DNA of 64,000 bases from Paraspadella gotoi (GCA_051294375.1 CM119266.1:19479657-19543656), one strand, 5' to 3'; shown: positions 27,846 to 41,801, counted from the first letter of the stretch. A program made the numbers and translations. Notes: a model not told the origin generated them from the sequence alone.

Positions 27846-30800
27846 ATGACAATGGAAACCCGTTCCGTCATTCCCCCTTACGTCTTTGAGGCGGTTGACC
27901 ACCTTGACATTGATTCATTGTCTAAATTACACGAGGAAGAACTTCGGCCTCTCCTTCCCAGTCTCGTCCGGATGTCTCTATGTTCTCCTCTCGATCAAGG
28001 TAACATTATATTAAGACTAATCTCTGACAAAAAAGCCAGATATTTTTTTATTGTATTCTTATACCGGCCAATGTAAAATAATAGCAATATTGTTAATATT
28101 ATGTTTCAAGTAAATCCGACCATGAATATAGAAAATATGGCGATCCCGGAGTTGAATACACGCTCTGGGAAAACGGAGAGAAAGAAGATGAAAAAAGAAA
28201 AAAGAAAGTTTAAGACCGTAACAACAATGATATTAAAAACATTGATAATCTTCACGGGCGAAGGATTTGTTTTTTAAATATTAGTATTTCTTTTTTTCGA
28301 TGTTTTTGGTAGATATTTACAAAGTAACAAAGTTTTTATTTGTGATTACAACGATCATTTAATAATTCGCCAGTTTTGATAGTTTTAAAAAATGTTTGGA
28401 TATTAACTTTGAGAGAAAGAGAGAGATAGTGACATTTTTTTCTCTCTCTCCAAATTATTAAATGATCGTTGTAATCATAAATAAAAACTTTACTTTGTAA
28501 ATATTATTATTATATTTTTTTTATGAATTTATTAATATTAAAATATTTTTTAAAATTTTAAATTATTGCATACTTAAGCTGAAACTTAAATTTAACCCTA
28601 ACTTACCCCGAACCCTAACTTACCCCGGACCCTAACTTACCCCGAACCCTAACTTACCCCGAACCCTAACTTACCCGAACCCTAACTTACCCCGAACCCT
28701 AACTTACCCGCGAACCCTAACTTACCCCGAACCCTAACTTACCCCGAACCCTAACTTACCCCGAACCCTAACTTACCCCGAACCCTAACTTACCCCGAAC
28801 CCTAACTTACCCCGAACCCTAACTTACCCCGAACCCTAACTTACCCCGAACCCTAACTTACCCCGAACCCTAACTTACCCGAACCCTAACTTACCCCGAA
28901 CCCTAATTACCATCTAACCCTAAATTACCTCTAACCCTAAATTACCTCTAACCCTAAATTACCTCTAACCCTAACTTACCCTAAATTCTAACTTACCCCT
29001 AACTGACCCCTAGGTATAGATCTACCCCTAACTGACCCCTAACCCTAACTTACCCCTAACCCTACCTTAACCCTAACTTACCCTTAACCTATTTTTATGT
29101 TTCTAGTTTACTTATTTTAAACCATTTTAACCTTTGGATCCTTTGGATTTCCGGTTGAAAACTTAAATTCCGATGGCCAGCTTCTCTTTTAATTTTAGTG
29201 TTACATAATACATATAAAAGTTCACTTTATCCTGATTGTTTGTTATCAAACTGATGGAATAAAATATGACACAGGGCTATCAGATCCCGGATCATGAAGT
29301 CTTTTCTTAAACAGAAACATATCTTATTCATGTTTATAAAATTTCATAAGTAAAAAATACCTTTCATTTCAATAAAAAAATTAATGTGAAAACATTTTTA
29401 GGGTTTATTTTACTTTCGCCAACCGGGGTTAGAGAGGGTTTAGGATTAAGGGTGGTTAGGGTTAAGAGGAGTTAGGGTAATTAGTTAAAATTTTCTTTTT
29501 TAAATAAGTATTTCTAAGTAATTTTTCAAAAGACGCCAAAACCCCCGTAGGCGAAAATGCCTAATATAATTTAAGTACTGATAGCTTTCCATTTGATATT
29601 GTGCTACAATTTATTACCCAATTGTTCTTTGGTTTTTTACTATCGAAAACCCTGTCTTTGAATAATATTTGGTAAAATTCAATAATTATAATATCTACAA
29701 TTTATTTTACAAAGGTAAAGCATGGACCCGTAAACGTAGATCCATATTAAGACTACTTTGTGGAATAGAAGCCGTCAACTCACTCGTTGCTCTACTCTCT
29801 ATTGACTTTCACGTTTTGGAGCAAGATGCCAAGAAAGAATTAGTTCTTCGTAGTAAAGCGGGTTCCTCCAACCAACCGAAAGAGAGTAACCTCCTCACGG
29901 GCGGCTCGGCCAGCGGCGCTCTAGAGTTCGAGCGCAGCGAAGCCGCGGGAAAACTTCGACTCGTTCTCAGTGAGATTCTATTAGTGGTTTCCAAGTTACG
30001 CGCCACGGCCGCGGAGGCAGCTCTGGCTGTCCCGTCTGAAACTCACTCTGAATTTTATTGGCGTGATTCTGAACTATTTGAGGATGGTATCTATTTGGAA
30101 GAAGTAGCGGACGTCTTATGTATAGCTCAAGCGGAACTACCCAACCTCCTTCAAATTTCCGAATTGACGGAAGCGTTGCTTCATGTTCCTAACGGAGATT
30201 GGTTGGTCTGTCGTCTTGTCGTCAACAACGCCGAAGCCTTTAATGAAGTCTGTCATTCTCTGATCGCCGGCGGCGGCGGTGGCAGCGGCGATACGAGCGA
30301 AGACGACGTCGACACTCGCAAAAGGTGCGAAGTTCTCTCCGCCCTTGTTCGTATGAATCCTCGGCAGGCGTTGTGCGTTCGAACTTTAGCCGTCAATATG
30401 TGCCGACTACCGCCATTGTCCATCGCACTTACCTTGGAGCACAACCTTGGGGGCGATAAAAGTGGGGATGCTGTCAATTTTCATCTTCCAAATGATCTCC
30501 TCGAATTTTCATCGGGACTTCTTCTCAATGTCGACCCAAACAAGCGATGCTGGTTTTCCCAGTTTCTTAGAAACGAACAAAAACGAAAATCCGGGGCTTC
30601 GTACGAAGCCTCCTCTTCTCATATGGTCAAAGAATTCCGTTCTAATCTCTTATCTCAGTTGGGTTTGATTTTAGACAGACCGGTTCCAACGCGGTCGACG
30701 GAACCTGTCGTCCTAGACGATGACCGACTGACTCCCGCCAACTCTTTCGTTCGTCTCTTTTCCGCCCTCAAAGGAATTGCGTCTCTCAAATTCAACGAGG

Positions 30801-33800
30801 AAGAAGCGATGATGCTGGTGACGCTGTTGACGAGTCGACCCACGCCGACGCCTCTCGGCACGCGCTTTATCTGTCTCTCTCTTTCCATGACGATCGCCTG
30901 TCCCGGACTTTTCTCAAACAGCGAGGACGAACGCCGAGTGGCCGCCTGGTTGCAGTGGCTTATGGAAGTTGCGCCGCGATTTGAAGGATCTGGTAGTGGC
31001 GGCGGGTTCGGAGAAATGCTGCTGCTTATCGCCATTCATTTTCACGGAAATCAGATGACAGCAATAACTGATCTCGTTTGCGCCACTCTGGGCATGAAAG
31101 TCCCTGTTCGCTCTAACGCCCTAGTTCGTCTCAAGTCAATTTTCACTCAAGAGATTTTTTCGGAGAAGGTGGTGACATCTCTGGCGGTTTCTGTGCCGGT
31201 GACTCGCCGACTTTCTGCCGTTCATTCTGGTTTCCTCTCCGTTCACTGCATTCATCAATTGTTAAAGAGTCGGGCCTTTGCCAAGCACAAAGTTCCTATC
31301 AAGGATTGGATTTGCCGTCAACTGAGAGAATGTCGCGCTCCGCTTCACCCAGTTGTGCCCAATCTGGTCGAAGCCTTCGTTAATTCCACCTTGATTCCCT
31401 CTCGCCAGGCGGCGCAGAACACAAATGAACCCCTTACCCATGAGGTGCGTAATTTTTTAATTAAATTGCTACAACCAATATAAAAATTATCGATTCATTT
31501 AATAAACAAGCCATCTTGCCCCTGACTTTGGACAGACTTTCGTGGTTTAAGGCCTCCATCAATCTTACAAGATAGCATGTCCCTGCAAACTTTCAATCAA
31601 GACTCAGTCTCACTCCCAGAGTACCTGACTACCCTAACATCCCTATTAATGTTAAGTTTTGAAGGCAATTATTTAAACAATAACTAGTTTTGCGTCGACA
31701 GACAGCCGGAAAGACCTACCGACCTGCAAAAGATATACAATTATACATGTATACAAAAGATATACATGCATTAAGTTGCTCCGAGATAACTCATGACGCA
31801 ATTAGAAATATATCACGATTTTTTGTAAGGTCCCTGTTATGTTTTTAAAAGTCATTCACCATTTTTTAATTTTATTTCTCAGGAGGTGATGACGTTTTTT
31901 TCATTCTCTCCTTTGGGCGAGAAACTTGATACGAAAATGGAAGCGGATGGTCAAGTCAATAACTACGTGAGCAGCGAAGAAGTCGTTCCTCAAATGCTTC
32001 TACTTTATTACATGCTCTTGTACGAAGACGTTAGAATGTCACAAATGAAAGCTATATCGGTAATATATAAATGGTATGCAAAGTATGAATTAGAAATGAG
32101 TGTGTTTTTCTGTTACTTTTCAGACAGGGTCCCGTAATTTCCTGACTTATTCGTCTGATTTGTGGGCTGAACTACCTATAAAATATCTGCTTCGCCTCGG
32201 GCATCGAGACCAGCAGAACTTCTCTGGTCTTTACTCGTCTCTTCTACGACTCGTAGCCAATCACTTCCCGCATCTCTGCCTCGTCGATGATTGGTTAACT
32301 GAAGAGGAGAAATTCTCCAATCAGAGGGCAACCTCGGACCCCTCAATCAACGCCGATGTGCCGGGTCTTCCTGCCTGGGTTAGGACTATCTCCGCGGAAT
32401 CTCTTGAAAAATCCTTTCGTACTGGTTACGAATCAAAGGTTAGTGATAAAAACTTAATTCTCATCTTAAAACGTGACTGGTCGAGTAGGTAAATTGTCTT
32501 CATACACAGATTTTAAAACATCCATCTTTGATTGTCGTTTTTGAATTAATAATCTTGAATTGAGAATGTTTTAAATTTTAAGATTTACATCCTTGGTCGA
32601 CCAATTTTTTGGGGTATAAATATATAGTTTTGCAAGATAACTATATTTTTTTAACCATGAAAATTGCAAAATTACTTTTCACTATTTTAAGTTTTAGATT
32701 TTATAATATTCATTACAATTATATATTACAAATTCTATATTTTTAATATTTATTATTATTTTTAATAATTTTGGTTTTTGAAACTATATTATTATTTTTG
32801 TTTCATTTAATTTGACCTCTTTTTTGACACCAAGATGTGGACGACGCTGATGGTGACATTGACGCGCATTTCGTTCCTCGACGCCGACGCCATCATTCCC
32901 CTCGCCTCAACGCTCACGTCTAATCTCTGGCGTCTCCTTCCGGTGGCGGAAGAAAACGGAAATCTTTCCTCACAACCACCGAGAAAAATACTTGATCTTA
33001 CTAACGCGATTTGGCTAAAGCTCAGCGCCGTCATGCCAAGGTATTCAACGATTATCTCTTAAAGTATATTAAAATTAGTTAACCGAGAGAGAGAAAGTGT
33101 GTGTGTGTCTCAATAGTCAAAAATGACCAAATATATAAGAAAGGGATGGCCCCGGCTACTTCTTCAATTCATGAAAAATTGGGTTCCCGCATCCGTTTTC
33201 ACGTTGAGCCCTTTCTTAATTTAAAAATGTCAAATAATAATCACAACTATCACAACTACTTTTTTATTAGCAGTCACGATTTCTTACTATTCTTTCATAG
33301 ACGTCTTCACGTGATGACCGTCAATGGTCTACATAACTTGGGATATGCTTCGTCCCTCGAGTCTTCCTTAGAACCGGTCTACAATCAAACGGATATAGTG
33401 ACAGATCCGTTAATCGTCCTCAGATGCGACGAACGAGTTTTTCGTTGTCCGCCCTTGCTCGACATTACTCTTCGCATTCTCAACGGTTGTCTTCAGGTCT
33501 GTGACTTTGTTGCTCTCGTCCAAATTTCGGGAATTTTACCCATGTCCTTTTAAAAGGCATCCAAGGCAATGCTGTCGAAGCATATTCGGCTTTACCCATC
33601 CGGCGCCTCTAGTGAAACGCGTCCCATCTCTGGGATGAATGGGACTCTGGCTTGTGACGGACCTTCTGACGCCGAAAGAGAGGAACTCAGATTCGCCCTC
33701 GTTGCGGCTCAAGATTCAGCCGCCGCTCAGATTCTTCTAGAATGGTATCTTTTTTCAAGAAAATTCAGTTGTTTCGAGTAGTTATTTTTAAAGTATAGTA

Positions 33801-34922
33801 ATTAAGAAAACATATCCCAAGGCTGATATAATTATATTTATTTATATTCAATATTTTTAAATTTAGGTACAATTTGTTTGTCATAAGAATTGGTTTTAAA
33901 TTAATTGAAAATTAAATGTTGAGCTGTTGATAAAATTGGGACGCTACTGGCGCTACTGGCTACTGCATATTTCAACTTTTTTTTCCTCTCAGGTGTCTCC
34001 CAACCGCTGATGAAAAGTTTTCTTCTTTCGTATCTCCGCTTCGAGAGGTGCGATGCCTCGTCTCATCTTGGCTTCACCAAATGTTCATCGCCGACCCAAC
34101 CCTCGCTAAACTCCTCCACTTTCAAGGATATCCATTAGAACTTCTCCACGTGACCGTCACCGGGGTTCCCTCGATGCATATCTGTATAGACTTTATTCCA
34201 GAACTTCTCCGTCAGCCGCAAATCGACAAACAGGTCTTCGCCATCCAACTCGTTTCCTACCTTAGCCTTCAATATCCGCTCCCTCGAACTCTGTCCATGG
34301 CGAGGTATGTCTGATCCTGGATTTACTTGTCAAAAGTCGGGGGCATTTTCATATTGGTTGTAACAATTTAAATAACACGCGTTACGTATTGTTTTTACTT
34401 TTTTGTGTTTCATTTAGTAAAAGACCTTTACGCATTATTTTAACTTGATACCTTCTCTACACGTTTCAGACTCACCGTGAACGTGATGAGCACACTGTTG
34501 ACGGTTCTGCCTCGACATCAACGGATTCCCTTTTTTTTAATCACGACGCCGTCGTTGGCCCGAATATCTCGCGCCTTTGCTCCACTGACAGACGACGTCA
34601 CGCTCTTACTTCTCCAACTTGGCAGAATCTGCAATGCCTCCATTGCCAAATGTTCCTATATGGCAGCCGGTTTGCTCTCTCCTACTAAGAAGTAGGTTTT
34701 ATCAGGTTTTTTTAATGAGATTATAAAAACTGTTATTCATAATTTCAACGTTTTCTGCTCAGGTTAAAACAGGATATTGTTCCGACAACCGAGAGACTCG
34801 TGTCTTTTGATACAAGTAAACAATACTCCACGCTGGATGCTGCCGAAGTCGGACTCATGGAAATGGTCAAGGATGTTTTCGAGCGGGTTGTTAGCGTCGC
34901 CGCTTTGATACGCGTCGAGTGA
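27846..34922 (+). CDS. INTS2: Integrator complex subunit 2
   Basis: ELRPLLPSLVRMSLCSPLD, VNSLVALLSIDFHVLEQD, EEVADVLCIAQAELP, FGEMLLLIAIHFH, SRAFAKHKVPIKDWI, DPLIVLRCDERVFRCPPLL and LHQMFIADPTLAKLLHFQGYP. About 10 exons; TGA at 34920-34922. Confidence 0.95.
28313..28504. mobile_element. Foldback MITE with ~55-bp near-perfect terminal inverted repeats in INTS2 intron 1
   Basis: Left arm tttacaaagtaacaaagtttttatttgtgattacaacgatcatttaataatt; right arm aattattaaatgatcgttgtaatcataaataaaaacttttactttgtaaa. Flanked by TA on both sides (possible target-site duplication). Confidence 0.75.
28593..29090. repeat. 17-bp minisatellite (CCCTAACTTACCCCGAA)n, about 18 near-perfect units, then degenerate
   Basis: Direct reading. 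Each unit contains the telomeric hexamer CCCTAA. Located in INTS2 intron 1. Confidence 0.95.
31468..31650 (+). repeat. Dispersed intronic repeat family, copy 3 (longest copy, INTS2 intron)
   Basis: tacaaccaatataaaaattatcgattcatttaataaacaagccatctt...actcccagagtacctgac. The 5' part is near-identical to 48177-48224. Confidence 0.75.
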
Positions 34923-35043
34923 TTAGTATTTAAAATCTTTCCATCCCCGCCCTTTTTTTTTTTCTGTTACATTGCTGCACCGTTTTATTTTGTCTTTTTT
35001 TAGCCGTTTTACAACGAGTTTATTTACGAAATGGTGAGCGACA

Positions 35044-36703
35044 ATGGAACAGAATCATCGAGACCGTCTTAGGGATAATTGGGTTTTTATCTTAAACAAT
35101 CTTCTCGTTGATAAAATTCTACCAATTCTGTTTCAAAGACGAATTCTCTCAAATGATTTAATCGAACAAATCAACGCCGATTCCGCGTCGAAGCAACGAA
35201 ATTACAATTTTCTAACTCTGATTCAAAAGCGCGGTGGATCTGCGTTCCAGGCTTTCATCGACGCGTTGATAGAGACCGATCAATCCGAAATTAGCGAGAA
35301 GTTGCAACCCGGTTACTCAGCATGCGCGAACTCTTTCTGTTCAGGAAAAGGCGAAGTTATCGCTCAGCCTGAAGACGCTGCAACAGTCCCCACTTCGTCG
35401 CTGGAAGAGGATTTTCGCGCGCAACTTGTGGTTGGTGGACGATCTAGTTTTTCGGGCGAATTGGAGGAGGAGGAACAGAACAATGAGGGTTCTCAGTCTT
35501 CTTTAACTCGAACAATTCAGTCTGCGCAGCCTCTACCCCTCCTGGATCGCCGGGGTAGCGTGGAACGTTCCATTCGGCAATTTCCTACAGCCTTTGATAT
35601 TCCTATTACAAAAACTACGTCTCTTTCCTTGGAATTAAGCCACCGCTTGGGAATGGGCGACATCTACCCTAATTTTTCTCGACCGAAAGGATTGTGCCTT
35701 ATCGTTAACAACTGTGATTTCTCTTCTGCCTCTGCGGATTTATCGCATCGCAAAGGCTCCGATCGCGACGCCGTCAACCTTTCGTGGCTTTTTCAAGAAT
35801 TTGGTTACTTAGTTGAGATGCGGCGAGATCTCGACAGCGATTCTCTTGAAGAGACTCTTGAAAGTTTTTCCCACGACCATCGACATGCTACGTGCGATTC
35901 CGCTATCGTCTGCATCCTTTCGCATGGTCAAGAAAAAGGCTTTTACGCCACCGACGGAATCGTGATCTCGTTTTCGGCCATCCTGGATATTTTTGACGGC
36001 GGCCGTTGCCCTAATCTCGTTAATAAGCCGAAAATTTTTTTCTTTCAAGCCTGTCGGGGCGTTCGCGTACAACGAGGTTTTGATGCCACGGATTCCACCG
36101 CGGCACAAGCATCGGGCTCGAGTAGTCCCGAGGAACAGTCGTCCTCGTCTTCTTCATCCTCCCTAGCCACTGCCGACGATTTTTATCGGATCGACGCCTT
36201 TGGGGAAATAACCGTTCCGCAATCGAGCGACGACGTTGACGATCCCGAAATGAAGACTTCGTTAGCAAAGTATTCGGACATGCTCGTCTCGTACTCGACT
36301 ATACCTGGCCATATCTCCATAAGACACGAAGAGATGGGCTCTTGGTACGTGCAAGCCATCGTTGACGTTTTCTCAGAGTTTGCCCACTCTAGAGACATTA
36401 ATTCCCTTTTGACTAAGGTCAATCGAAAGGTCTCAAAGATGACAACAGGTAATTGAATTTTCTATTTGGTGAACAAGTTTAGTAACTTTTAATATTAGGA
36501 AATTAATACCTATATATTGTAGATTACCGGATACTCATTTCTTTTTAATTTCAGGAGGACATCTTCGAAAGCAGATGCCCGAGCCCAAAAATCATTTAAC
36601 AAGGGATTTCTATTTTTTTCCCGCTTATTTTAAGGACAACCAGGAAAACGCTATAAACACTTTATTCGAAATTGGAAGCAATCAGCCATTGCCTATTGCT
36701 TAG
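35044..36703 (+). CDS. CASP2: CARD-containing initiator caspase (caspase-2/9-like), 2 exons
   Basis: N-terminal CARD (MEQNHRDRLRDNWVFILNNL...LIQKRGGSAFQAFIDALIET), GLCLIVNN, RKGSDRD, catalytic LSHG and QACRG, p10 motif GSWYVQ. Exon 2 (36555-36703) has KQMPEPKNHLTRDFYFFP. Caspase-2 versus -9 not resolved. Confidence 0.88.
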
Positions 36704-36791
36704 TTTTGCCTTTCTGTATGCATTGTATGTACTTGTTAAATGTTATAATATTTAAGAAACGTTTTGTATTAGAACCTTCTAGTAATTAACG

Positions 36792-37604
36792 ATGTGTCGG
36801 GAGAACAGTCGTATCGAATTGGGCGATGTGACGCCCCATAACATCAAACAGTTAAAGCGCCTCAATCAAGTCGTCTTTCCCGTTTCTTACAATGACAAAT
36901 TCTATAAGGACGTTTTGGAGGTGGGGGACCTGGCCAAACTGGCCTTTTACAATGACATCGTCGTCGGTGCGGTTTGCTGCAGAGTCCAAGAGGTTCCGGC
37001 TACCGACAAGGGTACCAAGCCTGGCAAGAGGCTATACATCATGACGTTGGGCTGCCTCGCACGATACAGACGATTAGGTAACCGAGCGTCAACAGATTAA
37101 ATTGGAAGAAGCCTTTTTATATGAATTTTATTTCGCTACTTTTCATAAGGGGGGCTGGGTGGGGGGTTTACTATATAGTTTGATAAATCAATCTCGCTTC
37201 GTTTTATGAGATTTTAATATGGTAGCATGGCATCGCCTGTGAAACTGTGGCTTCATTGGCTTCTGATTGAACTATATATTTTTAAATCTTGAAAACATAT
37301 GAGTCGATCGACAATGTTTTAAATTAAGGTATTGGTACAAAGTTATTGGATCACGTTCTAAGCATTTGTAAAAAAGACGGAGACCTTGAAAGCGTATTTC
37401 TTCATGTTCAGGTAAACGCCTCAAATACTTTTGATACCGTATTAGGTTTACTATATTTGTTTCTTTGGTTTATAGGTAAACAATAAAAGCGCTATTGAAT
37501 TTTACAAGAAAAATGGGTTCGAAATAATTGAAACCAAATCTCAATACTACAAACGGATTGAGCCCGCCGACGCGCACGTTTTGCAAAAATCACTAAAAAT
37601 TTAA
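36792..37604 (+). CDS. NAA50: N-alpha-acetyltransferase 50 (NatE catalytic subunit/San), 3 exons
   Basis: RIELGDVTPHNIKQLKRLNQVVFPVSYNDKFYKDVLEVG...LYIMTLGCLARYRRLGIGTKLL...FLHVQVNNKSAIEFYKKNGFEIIETKSQYYKRIEPADAHVLQK. Confidence 0.96.
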
Positions 37605-37898
37605 CCGAGTACTACTTGTTTGTGATATGGTCTGTTGTTTTACCTTTTTAGGACGAAGTCAAGATTGTCTCGAAATTTATAAAATATTTTCGAAGTTACT
37701 TTTCCTTTGTTGTTTGCATTCCTGTATCGTAGTTGCGATTTAATCCCATGAACTGGAAGAGTTATAAACGCAAATTTCACTTCATGTGTTATAATATTAA
37801 CTATGGGCATTGATAAAACTGAAAAGGCATCAGTTTCGAACTCTCGTTGACTATAGTGAGTCGTCACCAGGCGCTTCGCCTCTTCAAGAGCCGGCCTC

Positions 37899-40800
37899 AT
37901 GTCTTTCCTGATGATGGATTACACGGAGTCTTGTCCAGAGGCACAAGCCGACGAGTTCGAACGACCGCCCTACAAGAATCCACAGCATGCGGGAAAGGCT
38001 TTCGATATGCTGAATCTCTTGAGGAAGCAAAACCTTTTATGTGAGTAGAAATCTACTATGAAATTAAATTCAATAGGGGCGGGGGTTCAAAACTTTAGTC
38101 TTGAAGTCTACTTTTAGGTAAAAAAAGAATTTTTAACAAAAGTTCGATTTTAATGCTTTTATTGTTGCTATTAAAATTACAATATTACTATATAATGATA
38201 AAATTTTTTTTAATCAATCTTAACTTTTTTTGATGGATTCTGATAGAGCATAAAAAGTTAAATAAAAAATATAACTACAACTTTCAAAAATATTTATGTT
38301 TTCTTGGTCAAAATTAAGAAAAAGTAATAAAATTATCGAAAAATGATGATGATGATTATAATAAATAGTTTTTCATATTTTTCACACACTTATGATCAAA
38401 ATATCGAAAAAAGAATTATACTTTGTGTAGACAACTTTTTGCAAGCTACCTGAATCTGATCTTAAAAATAAAAAAAATTGAAAAAAATTTTTAGCCTTTC
38501 CTATTTATAAATAAATAATAAAAAATTAATATATGGAGTATGAAGTAATATTAAAAAAAATTGTCTATTCAAATTTGTTAAAAAATGTCTAAATTTTCGT
38601 TTGAGCAGGTGCTTAATTCAAATTTCTTAACCACCTTACTGAGTTAGTCTCCCCCTAATGTGAGTCGCCCAGTTTCTAAGACAAGTTACTATATCCTTGT
38701 TTACTGTAATTTTTTTTTTCAGGCGATGTAACGCTGGTGGCGGACGGCGAAGACTTCCCTTCCCACCGAGCTGTTCTTGCAGCCTGCTCTCCATACTTTT
38801 ACGCCATGTTCACCAATGACGTGGCAGAAGCGAGAACGCCCACCATTACTCTGCAAAACATTGACAGCAAGGCAATGCAGCTCCTCATGGACTTCATCTA
38901 TACCTCTGAGATTAGGGTCACTGAAGACAATGTCCAGGTCAGTTTTCTAATCTAACTGGTGTCGTCGTCAGTCCTGCAAATTGGATTTTTGATTTATTAT
39001 CCATTCCTGTCAGCGGATATTCTTATATTCATTCAAATTTCAATCGTTTTCTTCTTCAAATGATGTAGAATAAAATTTTCTACAGAAAGTATTCTCGTCA
39101 CATCGTCGAATCAATTAATAACTATTTTGTATAGGTATTACTTCCGGCGGCCAACATCCTTCAATTGAACGAAGTTCGTGACGCCTGCTGCGAGTTTCTT
39201 CAATCTCAACTCCATCCGTCTAACTGCCTCGGCATTCGTGCCTTCGCCGATCTCCACGCTTGCGCCGATCTTTTGACCCACGCTCAATCTTATACGGAAC
39301 AACATTTTTGCGAAGTTGTCGCGGGTGAGTTATCATCAGTGTTTTACTGACCACATTTGAATGAAGGTCTTTTTTTTTTTTTTTACAGTTTTTTTTATTT
39401 GTTAACAGGCGACGAATTTTTAGCTTTAAGCGTCGAAAAGGTTGTTTCTTTGGTTCAGTCTGATAATCTATCTGTTACCAATGAGGAGAAAGTCTTTGAG
39501 TCCATCATTGCCTGGGTCAATCACGACCTTCCCATTCGGCAAGAACAGGTAAAAAATCTCAATTTTTTCTTAACTTAAGAGTTATCTATCATTTTTTTTA
39601 CGGATACGTTTTTCCTTTACATCTATAGTAAAACGAGAAGCCTCAATTGTGTTTGTAGAGGATTTTGTTTAAATAATTGACGTTTCTAAGTATAAAATGG
39701 TATGGAAACGATTAAAACGAGTAAAAATATCTTGTTATAACCGTGGCGCTGTCAGTATAAACCCGCCACTGGCAATAACAGAAATAGAGAATGTCAAGTA
39801 GAATATTGTTAAAACGAAGTACTTTCATTTACTTATTCTAGATTGGTCAGCTGCTTCAATATGTCCGTTTGCCTCTTTTGGATCAAGAATATCTTGTCAG
39901 TAACGTAGAAGAATCCGCTCTTGTTAAAAGCAATTCTTTTTGCAAAGATATTCTCATCGAAGCAATGAAGTATCATTTATTAAGGTGATTCTCGAATTAA
40001 ATCTGTCCAACACTTCCTCTCCTTTAACGATAATTAAATGATTAAAGGCCCGATCAAAAGACTCTTTACAAAACTCCGAGGACGCGTCCCCGGGCACCCG
40101 TGGGACGTCCCAAAATACTTCTAGTCATCGGGGGTCAAGCCCCCAAAGCGATTCGAAGCGTGGAATGTTACGACTTTAAAGAAGAGAGATGGTACCAGAT
40201 GGCGGAAATGCCGTCGAGAAGGTATTAAAGATCGATTGCTCTCATTTTTAAGTTCACCAGTCACCGTAATTCTCTTTTAGGTGTCGTGCAGGCGTGTCTG
40301 TAGTCGGCTCGCAAGTGTTCGCCGTTGGTGGATTCAACGGATCCTTGCGCGTTCGCACAGTTGATGTTTTCGACCCGCAGAAGGACACGTGGTCCACCGT
40401 GAATTCGATGGAAGCGCGTCGCTCGACTCTCGGAGCCGCCGTTCTCAACAATCAGATATTCGCTGTCGGCGGCTTTGATGGTTCTTCGGGTGAGAAAAAA
40501 AATATTTTTTTTTGTATTCATATTTGAGATTGATTTTTTTATATCAATTATCAATTTAACTAATCTTTAAAACGTTTCATTTTCTAAAAGAGTTATTTTA
40601 TAAAGCTATATGTTTAGATATGACTGAAAGGTAAATGGATATTATTAGCTATATATATATTATATATAGGATATATATTGTATTAATCCTTTCAGCTTCG
40701 TTGAGTTTAGAGATATATATTATATATTTTATACTGAACAGGTCTGAACAGCGCTGAGGTCTACGACATCAAGTCGAATGAATGGCGAATGATCGCGCCG

Positions 40801-41801
40801 ATGTCGACGAGACGAAGCAGCGTTGGCGTTGGAGTTCTCGCCGGATTCTTGTACGCCGTCGGTGGATACGACGGTGCTTCGCGGTATGTGAAATATTAAT
40901 AAAGAGGAGCTGATTCTCGTAACGATTTTTATTTCCGATGTGTAAAATTTTATTTTGTTCAATATTTTTTTTCGATGTTCCAATTTACGTAGTGAATTAA
41001 GTTAGCAAATTGTTAATATGATTTTAAAGTGCATGCTGGAGCCTTATAATATCGACATTCTCTTATAAAAATGTAATTAATTCAATCACTTACAATCCTT
41101 CATCTTGTTTACTATGATCGCTCTTCAGCCAGTGCCTTTCTACGGTGGAGCGGTACGATTTGGAAGCTGACCAGTGGATTCTCATTTACGAGATGTCAAC
41201 CCGGCGTTCGGGTGCCGGTGTCGGTGTGCTCGATGGGAAGCTTTATGCTGTTGGGGGGCATGATGGACCGCTGGTACGGAAGAGTGTCGAGGTCTACAAT
41301 CCTGAAACAAATACTTGGGCAAACGTTGCCGACATGCATCTTTGCCGACGTAACGCAGGCGTTGTCTCTCACAACGGGTAAGGAAGTATTCACATCTCTT
41401 CCTTTCTGTTGGTTTCTTCTGTATGGTTTACTGCGATAATCAATAAAAATAAAATTATCTTGTTAAATAGCGTAAGAATTCAGCTGAAAAATTATAATTC
41501 CCCTTGTTCTGACTACCCGATAATTTTGTATTAACGTTTTTTTACCAATGGAGCTTTCCGAAGAATAACCATTAAAAAAAAATTAAAAAAGAAAATGTAA
41601 AATTTGAAAGATTTCCTTCAAGTTTTCCTTTCCCTTTATTCTTTTAGATACCTTTATGTGGTGGGCGGTGACGACGGATCTTCCAATCTCGTTTCCGTGG
41701 AGTACTACAATCCCCGAACTGACACATGGACCTTTTTACCTACCTGCATGACTATTGGACGAAGTTATGCAGCAGTAGCAATCATCGACAAGCCAACATG
41801 A
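37899..41801 (+). CDS. KLHL2: BTB-BACK-Kelch protein of the KLHL2/KLHL3/Drosophila kelch group
   Basis: [38 protein letters not shown] (BTB), BACK domain, [42 protein letters not shown] and six kelch repeats. Start could be 37899 or 37911. Confidence 0.9.

Noticed and set aside
28593-29090. CRISPR array or true telomere
   Set aside because: Units are directly adjacent with no unique spacers. The array is intronic in a eukaryotic gene and has a 17-bp period, not pure TTAGGG.
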